This document shows positions 31,495-41,823 of a stretch of DNA of 64,000 nt, one piece after another. This DNA is from Bdellovibrionales bacterium (lineage in GTDB: Bacteria; Bdellovibrionota; Bdellovibrionia; Bdellovibrionales; UBA1609), in assembly GCA_965205365.1 (NCBI GenBank), contig CBDBGT010000005.1, positions 270,121-334,120 on the forward strand, written 5' to 3'. How positions within the stretch are numbered: the stretch's first letter is position 1; each line of letters opens with the position of its first letter. Made by a program: the position numbers and the translations under genes. A model generated the notes under the pieces. The model had not been told where the DNA came from and did not search any database. It worked only from the letters and a program-made list of their open reading frames with translations.

Positions 31495-33420
31495 TTGGCA
31501 ATGAAGTTAGACTCAAAAATTCCTGAGGGGTCAATTGAAAATAAATGGGACAATCATAAGTCTGCAACAAGGCTTATAAACCCTGCGAACAAAAGAAAAT
31601 TTAAAGTCATAGTTGTGGGAACGGGTTTAGCTGGAGCTTCTGCGGCTGCAACGTTATCTGAGCTAGGTTATGATGTGCACGTTTTTTGTATACATGATTC
31701 TCCAAGAAGAGCACACTCCATTGCAGCTCAAGGTGGAATTAATGCAGCTAAAAACTATCAAAATGATGGGGATTCAGTGCAAAGACTTTTTTATGACACC
31801 ATAAAAGGTGGAGATTTTAGGTCAAGAGAGGCCAATGTGTATAGGCTTGCCCAAGTGTCTTCAAATATTATTGATCAGGCTGTTGCTCAGGGAGTACCTT
31901 TTGCTAGAGATTATGGTGGGCTTTTAATGAATAGGTCTTTTGGTGGTGCTCAGGTTTCAAGAACTTTCTATGCCAGAGGTCAAACAGGGCAACAGTTATT
32001 AATAGGAGCATACTCTTCTATGATGAAGCAGGTTCATAAAGGGGCTGTTAAATTGTATACAAGAAGAGAGATGTTAGATCTTGTAACTATTAATGAAAAA
32101 GCTCGTGGAATTACTGTTAGAAATTTAATTACAGGGGAAATTGAAAGTCATGTAGCAGACACTGTTTTACTTTGTACTGGTGGGTACGGAAATGTTTTTT
32201 ATCTTTCTACAAATGCGAAGCAATCAAACTGTACTGCAATTTGGAGAGCTCATAAAAAAGGAGCCGCTTTTGCAAACCCTTGTTACACACAAATCCATCC
32301 AACATGTATTCCAGTCTCAGGTGATTACCAATCAAAACTAACTTTAATGTCTGAGTCTTTAAGAAACCATGGGCGTGTTTGGGTTCCAAAGGCATTGGAT
32401 GATAAAAGAAAACCTTTAGATATTCCTGAAAATGAAAGAGATTACTATTTAGAAAGGGTTTATCCAAGTTTTGGTAACTTAGCCCCAAGAGATGTTTCAT
32501 CAAGACAGGCAAAGTACAGGGTTGATGAAGGTAAAGGCGTTGGAACAACAGGTATGGCGGTTTATTTAGATTTTAAAGATGCTATAAAACGCCTGGGTCG
32601 TGATGCCATTAGTGAAAAGTACGGAAATTTATTTCAAATGTATGAGAAAATTACAGGTGAAACTCCATATGACACTCCAATGAGGATATACCCTGCAGTT
32701 CATTACACAATGGGTGGTTTATGGGTTGATTATAATTTGCAAACTACAGTTTTAGGTCTACATGTTTTAGGTGAGGCGAATTTTTCTGATCATGGTGCCA
32801 ATAGACTCGGTGCGTCTGCTCTTATGCAAGGCCTTGGTGATGGTTATTTTATAATTCCAGCAACTCTTGGAAACTATTTAGCCTCAAATACTTTAGAGAA
32901 AATTGATGAAAATCATGCTGCATTTAAAGAGTCTAGAGAAAAAGTTTCAAATGAGCTTGATAAGCTTTTAAATGTTAAGGGGTCAAAAACTGTAGATGAA
33001 TTCCATAGAGAGCTTGGTCATATAATGTGGGAGTATGTAGGTATGGCTCGTAATAAGGCTGGTTTAAAAAAGGCCATTTGTGCAATTACAAGTCTTAGAG
33101 AAGAGTTTCATAATGATGTAAAAATTTTAGGTGAAGTGAATTATAAAAATGAAGAAATAGAAAAAGCTACAAGGGTTTCAGATTTTTTAGAGCTTGGTCA
33201 GTTAATGGCTCAAGATGCACTGGATCGAGAAGAAAGTTGTGGAGGTCATTTTAGAGATGAGTATCAGACAAAAGAAGGTGAGGCGAAAAGAAATGACGCT
33301 GAGTTTTCTCATGCTTCAGCTTATGAGTTTCTTGGAGAAGGAACCAGTATGAAATGGAGCCTTCATAAAGAAAAGCTTGAGTTTAAAAGTGTTGAATTGG
33401 CAACAAGAAGTTATAAGTAG
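31495..33420 (+). CDS. sdhA: succinate dehydrogenase/fumarate reductase flavoprotein subunit
   Basis: FAD fold [15 protein letters not shown]. Covalent-FAD His context [14 protein letters not shown]. Active-site motifs HYTMGG and NRLGASAL. The start could be TTG 31495 or ATG 31501. Confidence 0.95.
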   Translation: MAMKLDSKIPEGSIENKWDNHKSATRLINPANKRKFKVIVVGTGLAGASAAATLSELGYDVHVFCIHDSPRRAHSIAAQGGINAAKNYQNDGDSVQRLFYDTIKGGDFRSREANVYRLAQVSSNIIDQAVAQGVPFARDYGGLLMNRSFGGAQVSRTFYARGQTGQQLLIGAYSSMMKQVHKGAVKLYTRREMLDLVTINEKARGITVRNLITGEIESHVADTVLLCTGGYGNVFYLSTNAKQSNCTAIWRAHKKGAAFANPCYTQIHPTCIPVSGDYQSKLTLMSESLRNHGRVWVPKALDDKRKPLDIPENERDYYLERVYPSFGNLAPRDVSSRQAKYRVDEGKGVGTTGMAVYLDFKDAIKRLGRDAISEKYGNLFQMYEKITGETPYDTPMRIYPAVHYTMGGLWVDYNLQTTVLGLHVLGEANFSDHGANRLGASALMQGLGDGYFIIPATLGNYLASNTLEKIDENHAAFKESREKVSNELDKLLNVKGSKTVDEFHRELGHIMWEYVGMARNKAGLKKAICAITSLREEFHNDVKILGEVNYKNEEIEKATRVSDFLELGQLMAQDALDREESCGGHFRDEYQTKEGEAKRNDAEFSHASAYEFLGEGTSMKWSLHKEKLEFKSVELATRSYK

Positions 33421-33431
33421 AGGGTGATTGT

Positions 33432-34175
33432 ATGATGTTACAGTTAAAATTAAAAATTTGGAGACAGAAGGATAAAAACCATAAGGGTTACTTTCAAGAG
33501 TATAATGCTAAAAATATTTCTAAGGAGATGTCTTTTCTTGAAATGTTAGATGTAATGAATCAAGACTTAATTCATCAAGGAAAAGAGCCATTAGCTTTTG
33601 ATCATGATTGTCGTGAGGGTATTTGTGGTTCATGTTCAATGGTGATTAATGGTGATGTCCATGGACCTCAAAGGGGAACAACAGCGTGTCAGCTTCATAT
33701 GAGAGCTTTTAAAAACGGTGAAACTATTTTTATAGAACCATGGAGGGCTAAAGCTTTCCCTGTTATAAGAGACTTAGTTGTAGATCGATCTGCTTTTGAT
33801 AGAATCATGAGTTCTGGTGGGTATATTTCAGTTGCAACAGGGAATGCACAAGATGCAAACGCTCTTCCATTTTCTAAAGTAGATTCTGATGATTCATTTA
33901 CATCTGCAGCTTGTATTGGTTGTGGCGCATGTGTTGCCGCATGTAAAAACGCTTCTGCTATGCTTTTTGTAGCTGCAAAAGTGAACCACCTTGGAAAAGC
34001 ACCACAAGGAAAAATTGAGCAAAAAATGAGGGTTTCTCGTATGGTTGCTCAAATGGATAAAGAGGGTTTTGGTGCATGCACAAATACAGGTTCTTGTTCA
34101 GCTGGGTGTCCTAAAGACATTCCCCTTGATAACATTGCTTCCCTTAATAGGGATTTGGTTAAATCTAGTTTTTAA
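33432..34175 (+). CDS. sdhB: succinate dehydrogenase/fumarate reductase iron-sulfur subunit
   Basis: Cys clusters [20 protein letters not shown] and [12 protein letters not shown] for the 2Fe-2S, 4Fe-4S and 3Fe-4S centres. Confidence 0.93.
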   Translation: MMLQLKLKIWRQKDKNHKGYFQEYNAKNISKEMSFLEMLDVMNQDLIHQGKEPLAFDHDCREGICGSCSMVINGDVHGPQRGTTACQLHMRAFKNGETIFIEPWRAKAFPVIRDLVVDRSAFDRIMSSGGYISVATGNAQDANALPFSKVDSDDSFTSAACIGCGACVAACKNASAMLFVAAKVNHLGKAPQGKIEQKMRVSRMVAQMDKEGFGACTNTGSCSAGCPKDIPLDNIASLNRDLVKSSF

Positions 34176-34301
34176 TTGTTTTAGGGCGCTTACCTTTTTT
34201 TAGTCATATATCTAGATTTAAAAAAGTCCATGCTGGATTAACCCCCAAAATCCACATACTTATCCACATAAATATAAAATTAACTTAAAAATGTGTTAAA
34301 T

Positions 34302-35186
34302 TTAGGCCCTGCTTTTATAAATGCTTAAAAATTCCCTAATTTTTAAGTTGAGTTCAATGGGAAGGTCTAGTTGAGTACAATGACTTCCTTCTAAAAACTC
34401 TAAAAATGTTGATTGAGAAAGGGATTTAGCAAGAATTTTATTTTGACCAATGGGAGTGATACCATCCCTAGCTCCACTTACAATAAGAGTAGGGCAGGTG
34501 GTTTGTTCAAAATAAGAAGAGCCGTTAAAATGGATAAGAGCTTTAAGGTGTTTGAAAAAATTTGGAAGTGGTATTGCGCTTAAACCTTTTGAATAAATTT
34601 CAATGTCTTTATAGTTTATTCTTTCTAAATTAAAGCCACCAGCTACTCCTGCAAGATAGTGGAAAATAGGATTGTTTGTAGAATTAGTCCAAAGCCATTT
34701 TGATAAAGAAGGGGCTGTTTTAGTAAAGATATTTAAATTGTCTATGAGTTTTATACATTGTTCGGTGGGTAGAAATTCTGAAAAAGGATTTTTGTAAAAA
34801 CCATTGATTAAAACAATAGATTTAACAGATTCAGGGTATAAGGAGGCGCACCTAAAAGAAATTGGTGCTCCTAAGCTGTGCCCCCAAAAATGAGCTTTTG
34901 GGTTTTTAGGAAACAATGCTTTAAGGAGTTCAACAGCATCTTGGGCCAAAAGGTCAGTGGTTATGTTTTCTTTAAGGCCCATTTCACTTTTATGATGTCC
35001 TCGAAGGTCATAAGTTAAAACCTGGTGGTCTTTTGCAAAATCATTAATTTGAAAATGCCAGTGATTCATAAGGCAAGCAATGCCATATGTTAAAACAATA
35101 ATAGGGCCGGAATCACCATAAAGTTCATAGTAGATTTTTGTCTGATCTGGCATTTTTACAAAGCCTGTTTTTCTTGGAATACTCAT
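34302..35186 (-). CDS. alpha/beta-fold hydrolase
   Basis: Nucleophile elbow GHSLGA, an HWHFQ oxyanion region, and a C-terminal Asp/His context (SGARDG..., EGSHC). Confidence 0.75.
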   Translation of the reverse strand: MSIPRKTGFVKMPDQTKIYYELYGDSGPIIVLTYGIACLMNHWHFQINDFAKDHQVLTYDLRGHHKSEMGLKENITTDLLAQDAVELLKALFPKNPKAHFWGHSLGAPISFRCASLYPESVKSIVLINGFYKNPFSEFLPTEQCIKLIDNLNIFTKTAPSLSKWLWTNSTNNPIFHYLAGVAGGFNLERINYKDIEIYSKGLSAIPLPNFFKHLKALIHFNGSSYFEQTTCPTLIVSGARDGITPIGQNKILAKSLSQSTFLEFLEGSHCTQLDLPIELNLKIREFLSIYKSRA

Positions 35187-35872
35187 TTCATTTTAATATA
35201 GAATGCTGTTTGTCCAAATTCAATGAGATCCCCGTCAGAGATTTTTTTTGGTTCATTTATAAGCTTTTTATTACAGGATACAAAGTTGGGTATTTTAGAT
35301 GAGATTACGAGTTCATTATTTGAAGTAAACAGATCAAGAAAATCTAAATCTGAGGTGATGGACTCATCTATAAAGAAAAAAAGGTTTGATGCTTTGCCAA
35401 AGGAAATAGGCTGCCAGGGGATGTTCCAAGACTGGTTAAGCCAAAACCCTCGAGTGAAGTTAAAAGCAATAGGTGTTTGAAGTATGTTAATTTTAGGTGT
35501 TTTGGGGCTAGAATTAGAGGTTGGGTTGCTATAAAGGTTAGCTAATGATAAGAGTTTTTTTTCTTCTTCAATTTTAGCTTTTATGGGAGCTTCTTGGGTT
35601 GAAAATCCTATTTCATTTATTGAAAAAATAAGCCCTGGGATTAAATCAATTTTAGGAAGATTTTCTGAGCCTGATGAAATTAAATGTTTTTTATTAGAGG
35701 AGTAAAGTGTTAAAATTCCAGAGGAGTTAGATTTGACTATAAAACTATTGTTTTTAAAATAATCAGTGTTAATTTGAAGGTCACAATTTTTTGAAAAGCC
35801 AATTTTAAAGCCTTCAAAAATATCAAGCAATGTTCCTTGTAGTTTTCCTGTTAAAATAAGCAATTGAAGCAT
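35183..35872 (-). CDS. hypothetical protein with two FHA-like modules
   Basis: The N-terminal segment (GFKIGFSKNCDLQIN...) and the C-terminal segment (ISDGDLIEFGQTAFYI) resemble the start and end strands of FHA domains. The similarity is weak. The stop overlaps the hydrolase start. Confidence 0.3.
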   Translation of the reverse strand: MLQLLILTGKLQGTLLDIFEGFKIGFSKNCDLQINTDYFKNNSFIVKSNSSGILTLYSSNKKHLISSGSENLPKIDLIPGLIFSINEIGFSTQEAPIKAKIEEEKKLLSLANLYSNPTSNSSPKTPKINILQTPIAFNFTRGFWLNQSWNIPWQPISFGKASNLFFFIDESITSDLDFLDLFTSNNELVISSKIPNFVSCNKKLINEPKKISDGDLIEFGQTAFYIKMK

Positions 35873-36043
35873 GTTCGCCCTTTTTAAATTCTTATAATAG
35901 CTCTAAGCTTTATTGTAAAACAGTTTTTAAGAGTCTTATTTAAATTAAGAAGAAAAGACTAAAGAAAATTTTTTTCTAGTAGATTAAGTTTAAAATCAGC
36001 CTTGTTTTGAGGTTGAAAAGGGTTTATTTTATTCCATCAATTA

Positions 36044-36117
36044 GGTGGCGTAGCAAAGAGGCTATGCGCCGGCCTGCAAAGCCGTTGACGCCGGTTCGAA
36101 TCCGGCCGCCACCTCCA
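36044..36117 (+). tRNA. tRNA-Cys (anticodon GCA)
   Basis: Hand-folded cloverleaf. Acceptor stem GGTGGCG/CGCCACC. Anticodon loop CTGCAAA with GCA at positions 34-36. T arm GCCGG-TTCGAAT-CCGGC. Discriminator U73 and an A13:A22-type D stem, as in bacterial tRNA-Cys. The CCA end is encoded. Confidence 0.9.
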
Positions 36118-36193
36118 CTTCGACAAAACAAATGTCTTCGGTATAAAGTGTAAACTATGTGTCAGGACGTACATTATTGTAGTTTAAAAAAAA

Positions 36194-36346
36194 TTGTAGA
36201 CTGAAGATGAAGTAAACCCAAGTGTTAAAGTGGGCACCATATAAACGCTTTAGGCTTCTTACTGAAGGTAAGCATGCTCACCACATTCAGGGACAGTTCC
36301 CGATAAATATACTTGTAGGGTTTACTTTTTTCAATTCAGCCTACAA
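36194..36346 (+). ncRNA. candidate structured small RNA, 6S (ssrS)-like
   Basis: ORF-free region. A long interrupted closing stem of about 27 bp pairs 36194-36223 with 36311-36346. Inside are single-stranded stretches, an apical near-palindrome GGTAAGCATGCTCACC, and CACATTCA followed by the mini-hairpin GGGAcagtTCCC. This layout and these two strings recall E. coli 6S RNA from memory. Confidence 0.4.
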
Positions 36347-36395
36347 ACAAGGCTCATTATATCATTAAGAATGGGGTTTTACAAGGCTAGGAGGC

Positions 36396-37808
36396 TTGCT
36401 CAAAGGGGGAAAAGGCCCTAGGTTCAGCTATATGGACCATGGTCAACAATCGTTTAGTTTTGAGAAAAAAAACCTTTTAAAGGCTGGAGCTATTTCTGTA
36501 AGTAATTTAAACCAGGCTTTAAAATTAAATATTGAGAACGAATTTCATACAGTTTGTGTACAGGGGGAAATATCTAATTTTAAACCTCACTCATCAGGGC
36601 ATTTTTATTTTTCTTTAAAGGACTTAAAATCTCAAATCAATGTAGTTATGTTTCGAGGTTCAAACACAAGGCTTAAGTTTAGACCTAAAGATGGTATGGA
36701 AGTTATTTTAAAGGGAAGAGTTACGGTTTACACCCCTAGGGGCTCATATCAAATTTTATGTGATACAATGGATCCTGTGGGGCAGGGTGATCTTCAAGAA
36801 GCCTTTGAAAAACTAAAGTTAAAATTAAAAAGTGAGGGTCTTTTTGACAGTGAAAAGAAAAAACCACTTCCCTTTCTTCCATTTAATATAGCTTTAGTTA
36901 CAAGTCCAACAGGCGCTGCTGTTAGGGATATGATTCATGTTTTAAAAAGAAAACATCCGGCAGCTCAAATCACCATAGTGCAGGCGCTGACTCAAGGAGA
37001 CCAGGCTGCCGTGGATTTAATTAGAGCACTTAAGGATGCTCAAAACCTTTCTGGTGTTGAGGTGATACTTTTAAGTAGAGGTGGTGGATCATTAGAGGAT
37101 ATGTGGTGCTTTAATGATGAAAGACTTGCTAGAAAAATTTATTCAATGAACGTTCCTGTTATATCTGGAATAGGTCATGAAATTGATTTTACTATTTCAG
37201 ATTTTGTAGCGGATTTTAGAGCACCAACACCTTCTGTTGCTGCAGAGATTGTTTGTAAAAATGTAGATGAAATTAAAGAAAAGGTTTTTCAAAGTAAAAA
37301 CCGTTTAGAATATAGAATATGTAATCTTATTAAAAATAAAAAAGTTATGGTTGGTCATGTGAGTAAGAGACTTACAGACCCAAGAAGAAGACTCTTGGAT
37401 TTAAGAATTAAAATTGATGAGCTCATTGTTCGAGGTCAAAAGTCTATTGAATCAAGAATTCAGCTTTATAGGGCTAATGAAAAAACTTATAGTTTAAGGC
37501 TTAAAGGGGGTTTAAATATTTGGAATTTTTTAAGGCAAAGGCTTAATTTTTTAAATAAAAATTTAATACATGTTCAAGAAACTAAACTCCAAAACCTTCA
37601 AGGAAAGCTTCATCAAACTACTGGAGTTTTAGAGGCTTTAAATCCTTTTGGAGTATTAGATAGAGGGTATGCCATTGTTAGAAATGTTAGAACTGGGGGA
37701 ATAGTTAAAGACTCTAATTCCTTGGCGGTGAAAGAAAAAATAAAAGTACAATTTTTTAAGGGCGGAGTGGATGCTCAAATTATAAAAAAATTAAAAAATG
37801 GAGAGTAA
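36396..37808 (+). CDS. xseA: exodeoxyribonuclease VII large subunit
   Basis: OB-fold N-terminus (VCVQGEISNFKPHSSGHFYFSLKD), catalytic core (RGGGSLEDMWCFNDE, SGIGHEIDFT) and a coiled-coil tail. The true start is probably an internal Met (about 36432). Confidence 0.9.
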   Translation: MLKGGKGPRFSYMDHGQQSFSFEKKNLLKAGAISVSNLNQALKLNIENEFHTVCVQGEISNFKPHSSGHFYFSLKDLKSQINVVMFRGSNTRLKFRPKDGMEVILKGRVTVYTPRGSYQILCDTMDPVGQGDLQEAFEKLKLKLKSEGLFDSEKKKPLPFLPFNIALVTSPTGAAVRDMIHVLKRKHPAAQITIVQALTQGDQAAVDLIRALKDAQNLSGVEVILLSRGGGSLEDMWCFNDERLARKIYSMNVPVISGIGHEIDFTISDFVADFRAPTPSVAAEIVCKNVDEIKEKVFQSKNRLEYRICNLIKNKKVMVGHVSKRLTDPRRRLLDLRIKIDELIVRGQKSIESRIQLYRANEKTYSLRLKGGLNIWNFLRQRLNFLNKNLIHVQETKLQNLQGKLHQTTGVLEALNPFGVLDRGYAIVRNVRTGGIVKDSNSLAVKEKIKVQFFKGGVDAQIIKKLKNGE

Positions 37809-38031
37809 AAATATGGTTAAAGAAAAAGTTTCCTTTGAAGAAAAAATTAAAAGATTAGAAGAGATTGTTGAAAAAATTGAATCTTCAGATATTGAGTTAA
37901 CAGATTCCATTAAGCTTTTTGAAGAAGGGGCTAAGCTTTCAAAAGATTGTCAAGGGGCATTAGATGATGCTGAAAAAAAAGTTAAAATATTAGTTTCAGA
38001 TGGAACCCTTAAGGAATTTAATGATCAATGA
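37798..38031 (+). CDS. xseB: exodeoxyribonuclease VII small subunit
   Basis: 77-aa helical protein (FEEKIKRLEEIVEKIE...LFEEGAKL). Overlaps the xseA stop. Confidence 0.88.
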   Translation: MESKNMVKEKVSFEEKIKRLEEIVEKIESSDIELTDSIKLFEEGAKLSKDCQGALDDAEKKVKILVSDGTLKEFNDQ

Positions 38032-38836
38032 TTTTGAATTTTATTGTGAGAAAGAGCTTTTTAAATTAAAAAAACTTTTAAGCCCCGATTTTTTTAACAG
38101 TTTAAGGTATTCTTTTTTTTCAGGAGGAAAAAGAATCAGGCCATTTTTACTTTTAGCCATGGGTGAAGATTTAGGGTGTAGAGGAAGGGTTTTACACCCA
38201 GCCGCATTTGCAATTGAATTGGCACACACATACTCTCTTATTCATGATGATCTTCCAGTAATGGACAATGATGTGTATAGAAGGGGAAAGCTTAGTCATC
38301 ATGGTAAATATGGACAGGCCTCAGCAGTGCTTGCTGGAAGCGGGCTTTTAACTTTTGCGTTTCAGGTTTTAGCTGAAAACTATAGGGGAGAAGTTTTAAA
38401 AAGCTTAATCTTAATGCTTTCAAAATCTTTAGGTGGATCTGGAATGATTGGTGGTCAGGTATTAGATTGTTTAACAGATGAGCGAAGTGAAGAGATTTTT
38501 AATAAAATTCATTTATTAAAAACAGGAATGCTCTTTGGTTTTTGTGTTGCATCACCAGGTTTGATTTTAAGTTTAGAAAAATTAAAAATAAATAATTTAA
38601 AAAGACTTGGTCATGAAATTGGCCTACTTTTTCAATTACAAGATGATCTTTTTGATGAAAATAAGAAGAACAAGCGAAAGGAAGAAAATATTTTATCGGT
38701 TTTATCAAAAACAGACCTTCTTAGTCTTATTCAAAATAAAAGAGAAAGTATTCAAGGCTTATTAGTGGAGCTTAATGTTAAGAAGGGATCTAATTTTTAT
38801 GATTTGGTGGAAGTTTTATTTAAAAGAAAGCATTAA
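38000..38836 (+). CDS. ispA: polyprenyl (farnesyl/geranylgeranyl) diphosphate synthase
   Basis: First and second Asp-rich motifs LIHDDLPVMDND..RRG and FQLQDDLFD. Sits in the xseB-ispA arrangement known from proteobacteria. Confidence 0.88.
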   Translation: MEPLRNLMINDFEFYCEKELFKLKKLLSPDFFNSLRYSFFSGGKRIRPFLLLAMGEDLGCRGRVLHPAAFAIELAHTYSLIHDDLPVMDNDVYRRGKLSHHGKYGQASAVLAGSGLLTFAFQVLAENYRGEVLKSLILMLSKSLGGSGMIGGQVLDCLTDERSEEIFNKIHLLKTGMLFGFCVASPGLILSLEKLKINNLKRLGHEIGLLFQLQDDLFDENKKNKRKEENILSVLSKTDLLSLIQNKRESIQGLLVELNVKKGSNFYDLVEVLFKRKH

Positions 38837-38845
38837 GAAAAGAGT

Positions 38846-39577
38846 ATGCGTTTAGACCAGTACTTAGTTAATATTAAAATAATGCGATCAAGAGCCCAGG
38901 CAAAAGACTTTATTCAAAGGGGAAAAGTTAAAGTAAATGGGCATCTGGTCACAAAGGCCAGTTATTTTTGTAATCTAGATACTAAAATTCAGATTATAGA
39001 TGATGCTAATATACAGTGGGTGGCTAGATCAGGGCAAAAGCTTTATGGAGCCCTTAAGCGCTTAAACTTAGATTTAACAGGTAAGACTTGTTTAGACGTG
39101 GGGCAGTCTAAGGGGGGCTTTACCCAAGCAATGCTTAAAAAAAATGCTGGAGTAGTTGTTGGTGTTGATGTTGGTAAAAATCAAGTGGATAAGGGTATTA
39201 GGGATCTTGCTAATGTTTATTGTTATGAGTCTTTTGATGCTAGAGAGCTTTTAAAGCTTAAAGGCCAATGGAGTATTGATTTTTTTGCTGTAGATGTTTC
39301 GTTTATTTCTGTTTTAAAAATTTTTCAAGGGCTTAAGGACTTGGTCTGTAGAGATTTTCCCATTAAAGGGTTTTTGCTTATAAAACCACAGTTTGAAGTA
39401 GGTGAAAAGAAGGTGAAAAAAGGTGGTTTAGTTCATCTTCCACTGATACATTTAGAGTGTGAGAAAAAGGTTTTAGCTGGACTTGTGAGTATGGGGGCTA
39501 TAATTTTAGATTACTTTCCATCAAGTTTAAGGGGGAGAGATGGCAATGAAGAGTTTATTTGTTACATTTCTATTTAG
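38846..39577 (+). CDS. tlyA: TlyA-family rRNA 2'-O-methyltransferase (S4 plus FtsJ domains)
   Basis: S4-like N-terminus MRLDQYLV...RSRAQAKDFIQRGKVKVNG. SAM motif LDVGQSKGGFTQ. Confidence 0.8.
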   Translation: MRLDQYLVNIKIMRSRAQAKDFIQRGKVKVNGHLVTKASYFCNLDTKIQIIDDANIQWVARSGQKLYGALKRLNLDLTGKTCLDVGQSKGGFTQAMLKKNAGVVVGVDVGKNQVDKGIRDLANVYCYESFDARELLKLKGQWSIDFFAVDVSFISVLKIFQGLKDLVCRDFPIKGFLLIKPQFEVGEKKVKKGGLVHLPLIHLECEKKVLAGLVSMGAIILDYFPSSLRGRDGNEEFICYISI

Positions 39578-40490
39578 TTTATTTTTAATGTCTTGTGTTC
39601 AGGTAAGGAAAATGAATTTTAGAAACACTCAGCCTCAAAAAACTGTTCCAAAGGAATTTAGAGCTGAAGATATAGAGGAGCCTGAGCTTGAAGAGAATAT
39701 AAATTTTGAAACCAGGGTTTCTGATAAGTTGTTTAGGCCGAAGGTAAGTTTAGTTTTAGGCCCGGGGGCTTCAAGGTCTTTTGCACATATAGGGGTTTTA
39801 AAGGAGTTAAAGACTTTAGGGATTCCTATTCATTCTATTATTGGAATGGGTTGGTCGGCAATAGTGGCAGCTGAATATGTAGATCAAAAGTCGGTACATG
39901 GTTTAGAATGGAAAGTTTCAAGATCTAAGGAGTTTAAAAAACTTTTAGAAACTTCTTTCTGGAGTTCTAAAATTAAAGAAAGAGCCTTGTTTGAAGCTGA
40001 AACTTTAGTGAAAAGTCTTTTAACAGACTACAGCACAAGAGCGGAAAATAGAAGGAAATTTTCTTGCCCCCTACTTTCAAAAAGAAAGAACATTTTGGTG
40101 TTGTCAGATAAAAGAGGGTTAAAAAACTGTATTGCTGTTCCCCCACTATTTAATCCAGGAAAAAACTATGCTCCGTATTTATTTGACGTTAGGGCCATAC
40201 AACAGGGTGCCATGCGTATGGGGGCTGAAAAAGTGATTTTCATAGATGTTTTAAATAAAAACAAAAAACTCTTTGGAAAAGAACAAGCCTTTATAAGCGG
40301 TGTGGTTTATTGGTACTGGACTTTTGCTGCTCAAATGATTGAATCTGCTTATGGTGTTTTTGATAAAGTTATAGAGATAGATGTAAATTCTGAAATTTTA
40401 AACTTTAACAATACTCTTGATTTAGTTAGAAAAGGGAGAGTGTCAGGGCGAGAGCTTGCCGAGTTTTTAAAAAAAGAATATCAATACTAA
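39540..40490 (+). CDS. patatin-like phospholipase family lipoprotein
   Basis: Lipobox LFLMSC. Oxyanion/Gly-rich block LVLGPGASRSFAHIGVLKEL. Nucleophile-elbow-like IIGMGWSAIVAA; the final Gly of GxSxG is not conserved. Confidence 0.55.
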   Translation: MAMKSLFVTFLFSLFLMSCVQVRKMNFRNTQPQKTVPKEFRAEDIEEPELEENINFETRVSDKLFRPKVSLVLGPGASRSFAHIGVLKELKTLGIPIHSIIGMGWSAIVAAEYVDQKSVHGLEWKVSRSKEFKKLLETSFWSSKIKERALFEAETLVKSLLTDYSTRAENRRKFSCPLLSKRKNILVLSDKRGLKNCIAVPPLFNPGKNYAPYLFDVRAIQQGAMRMGAEKVIFIDVLNKNKKLFGKEQAFISGVVYWYWTFAAQMIESAYGVFDKVIEIDVNSEILNFNNTLDLVRKGRVSGRELAEFLKKEYQY

Positions 40491-40506
40491 ATATGAGGGT
40501 TAAGTT

Positions 40507-41823
40507 ATGAGAAAACCACTTTTAGATATAAAGTACTTTAAACAAAGAAGAGATCGATTTAAAAGTATGGCTCAAAAAGATGAAGGGTTTATCTTATTTT
40601 CTGGGCATGCTTTAAGAAGAAGTAATGATACAAATTATAAATTTAGGGTGAATAGTAATTTTTTCTATCTTACAGGTTTTGAAGAAGAGGGCGCTATTTT
40701 AGTGTATAGGCCTGGAAAAACTCCGGAGACAGTAGTTTTTGTTCAGCCTAAGGATTCAGTTCTAGAAACCTGGGATGGTTTTAGGTTTGGAAAAGACCTT
40801 GCAAAAACCACCTTTGGTTTTGATGAAACCTATATAGAGTCAGATTTTGATTCTAAAATTGTTGATCTTTTATTGGAAGTTAAATCAGTTTATTTTAAAA
40901 TTGGTGAAGACTCAAAACAAGATGAAAGAGTTTTATCTGCAATGAAGTTGGTGTTGAAAAAAAAAGGTCGTAAAGAACAGTGTCTTCAAGAAATTAAAGA
41001 TCCAAATTTTTATATGGCAGGTTTAAGGGTTATTAAAACAGAAGAAGAAATTAAGCTTATGAAAAAAGCTGCTCAAGTTTCAGCAAAAGCTCACATAGAA
41101 GTTATGAAAGCCATAGAGCCAGGGGTCAATGAGGCTTATCTTGAAGGTGTTTTTTTAAGTGAGGCTATGAAATTAGGAGCTAAAAACGTAGCATACAATA
41201 CAATTTCAGCCAGTGGAAATAATGCAACAACTCTTCATTATGGGTTTAATGATGAAGAGTGTAGGGATAAAGAGCTTTATTTAATTGATGCTGGTGTTGA
41301 GTATGAGTACTACGCAGGAGACATAACTAGAGCTTACCCTGTTGGAGCAAATTTTACTCAAGTTCAAAAAGATGTTTATGAAAAAGTTTTACAGGTTCAA
41401 AAAAACATAGTGACTTTAGTTAAACCAGGCATCACTTTTGAATTTCTTATGGAAAAAGCAGACAAAGCTTTAACAAAAATTATGATTGATTTAGGCCTAC
41501 TTAAAGGCACTGTTGAAGAAAATATAGAAGACAAACTTTATAAGAAATATTATCCCCATGGGATTGGGCATTTTTTAGGAATGGATGTTCATGATCTTGG
41601 TTTTTATGAAAAAAACAATGAAGCCGTCGTTTTTCAAGCGGGTATGTGTCTCACCATAGAGCCAGGTCTTTATATTCCTAAAGATGATATAAGTGCTCCA
41701 GGGCACTTAAGAGGAATAGGTATAAGGATTGAAGACAACATCTTAGTAACAGAGCACGGTCATGAGAATATGACTAAACTAGTTCCTAAGGAAGTAGATG
41801 AAATTTTAGCCCTTAAAAGATAG
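40507..41823 (+). CDS. pepP: Xaa-Pro aminopeptidase (M24B)
   Basis: Metal ligand blocks LIDAGVEYEYYAGDITR, HGIGHFLGMDVHD, EPGLY and IRIEDNILVT. Confidence 0.87.
   Translation: MRKPLLDIKYFKQRRDRFKSMAQKDEGFILFSGHALRRSNDTNYKFRVNSNFFYLTGFEEEGAILVYRPGKTPETVVFVQPKDSVLETWDGFRFGKDLAKTTFGFDETYIESDFDSKIVDLLLEVKSVYFKIGEDSKQDERVLSAMKLVLKKKGRKEQCLQEIKDPNFYMAGLRVIKTEEEIKLMKKAAQVSAKAHIEVMKAIEPGVNEAYLEGVFLSEAMKLGAKNVAYNTISASGNNATTLHYGFNDEECRDKELYLIDAGVEYEYYAGDITRAYPVGANFTQVQKDVYEKVLQVQKNIVTLVKPGITFEFLMEKADKALTKIMIDLGLLKGTVEENIEDKLYKKYYPHGIGHFLGMDVHDLGFYEKNNEAVVFQAGMCLTIEPGLYIPKDDISAPGHLRGIGIRIEDNILVTEHGHENMTKLVPKEVDEILALKR

Noticed and set aside
36118-36193. Hairpin AAACTA…TAGTTT followed by A8 (about 36152-36193) as a terminator for tRNA-Cys
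   Set aside because: On the plus strand the stem is followed by an A-run, not a T-run. On the minus strand the T-run precedes the stem. It does not fit an intrinsic terminator in either direction.
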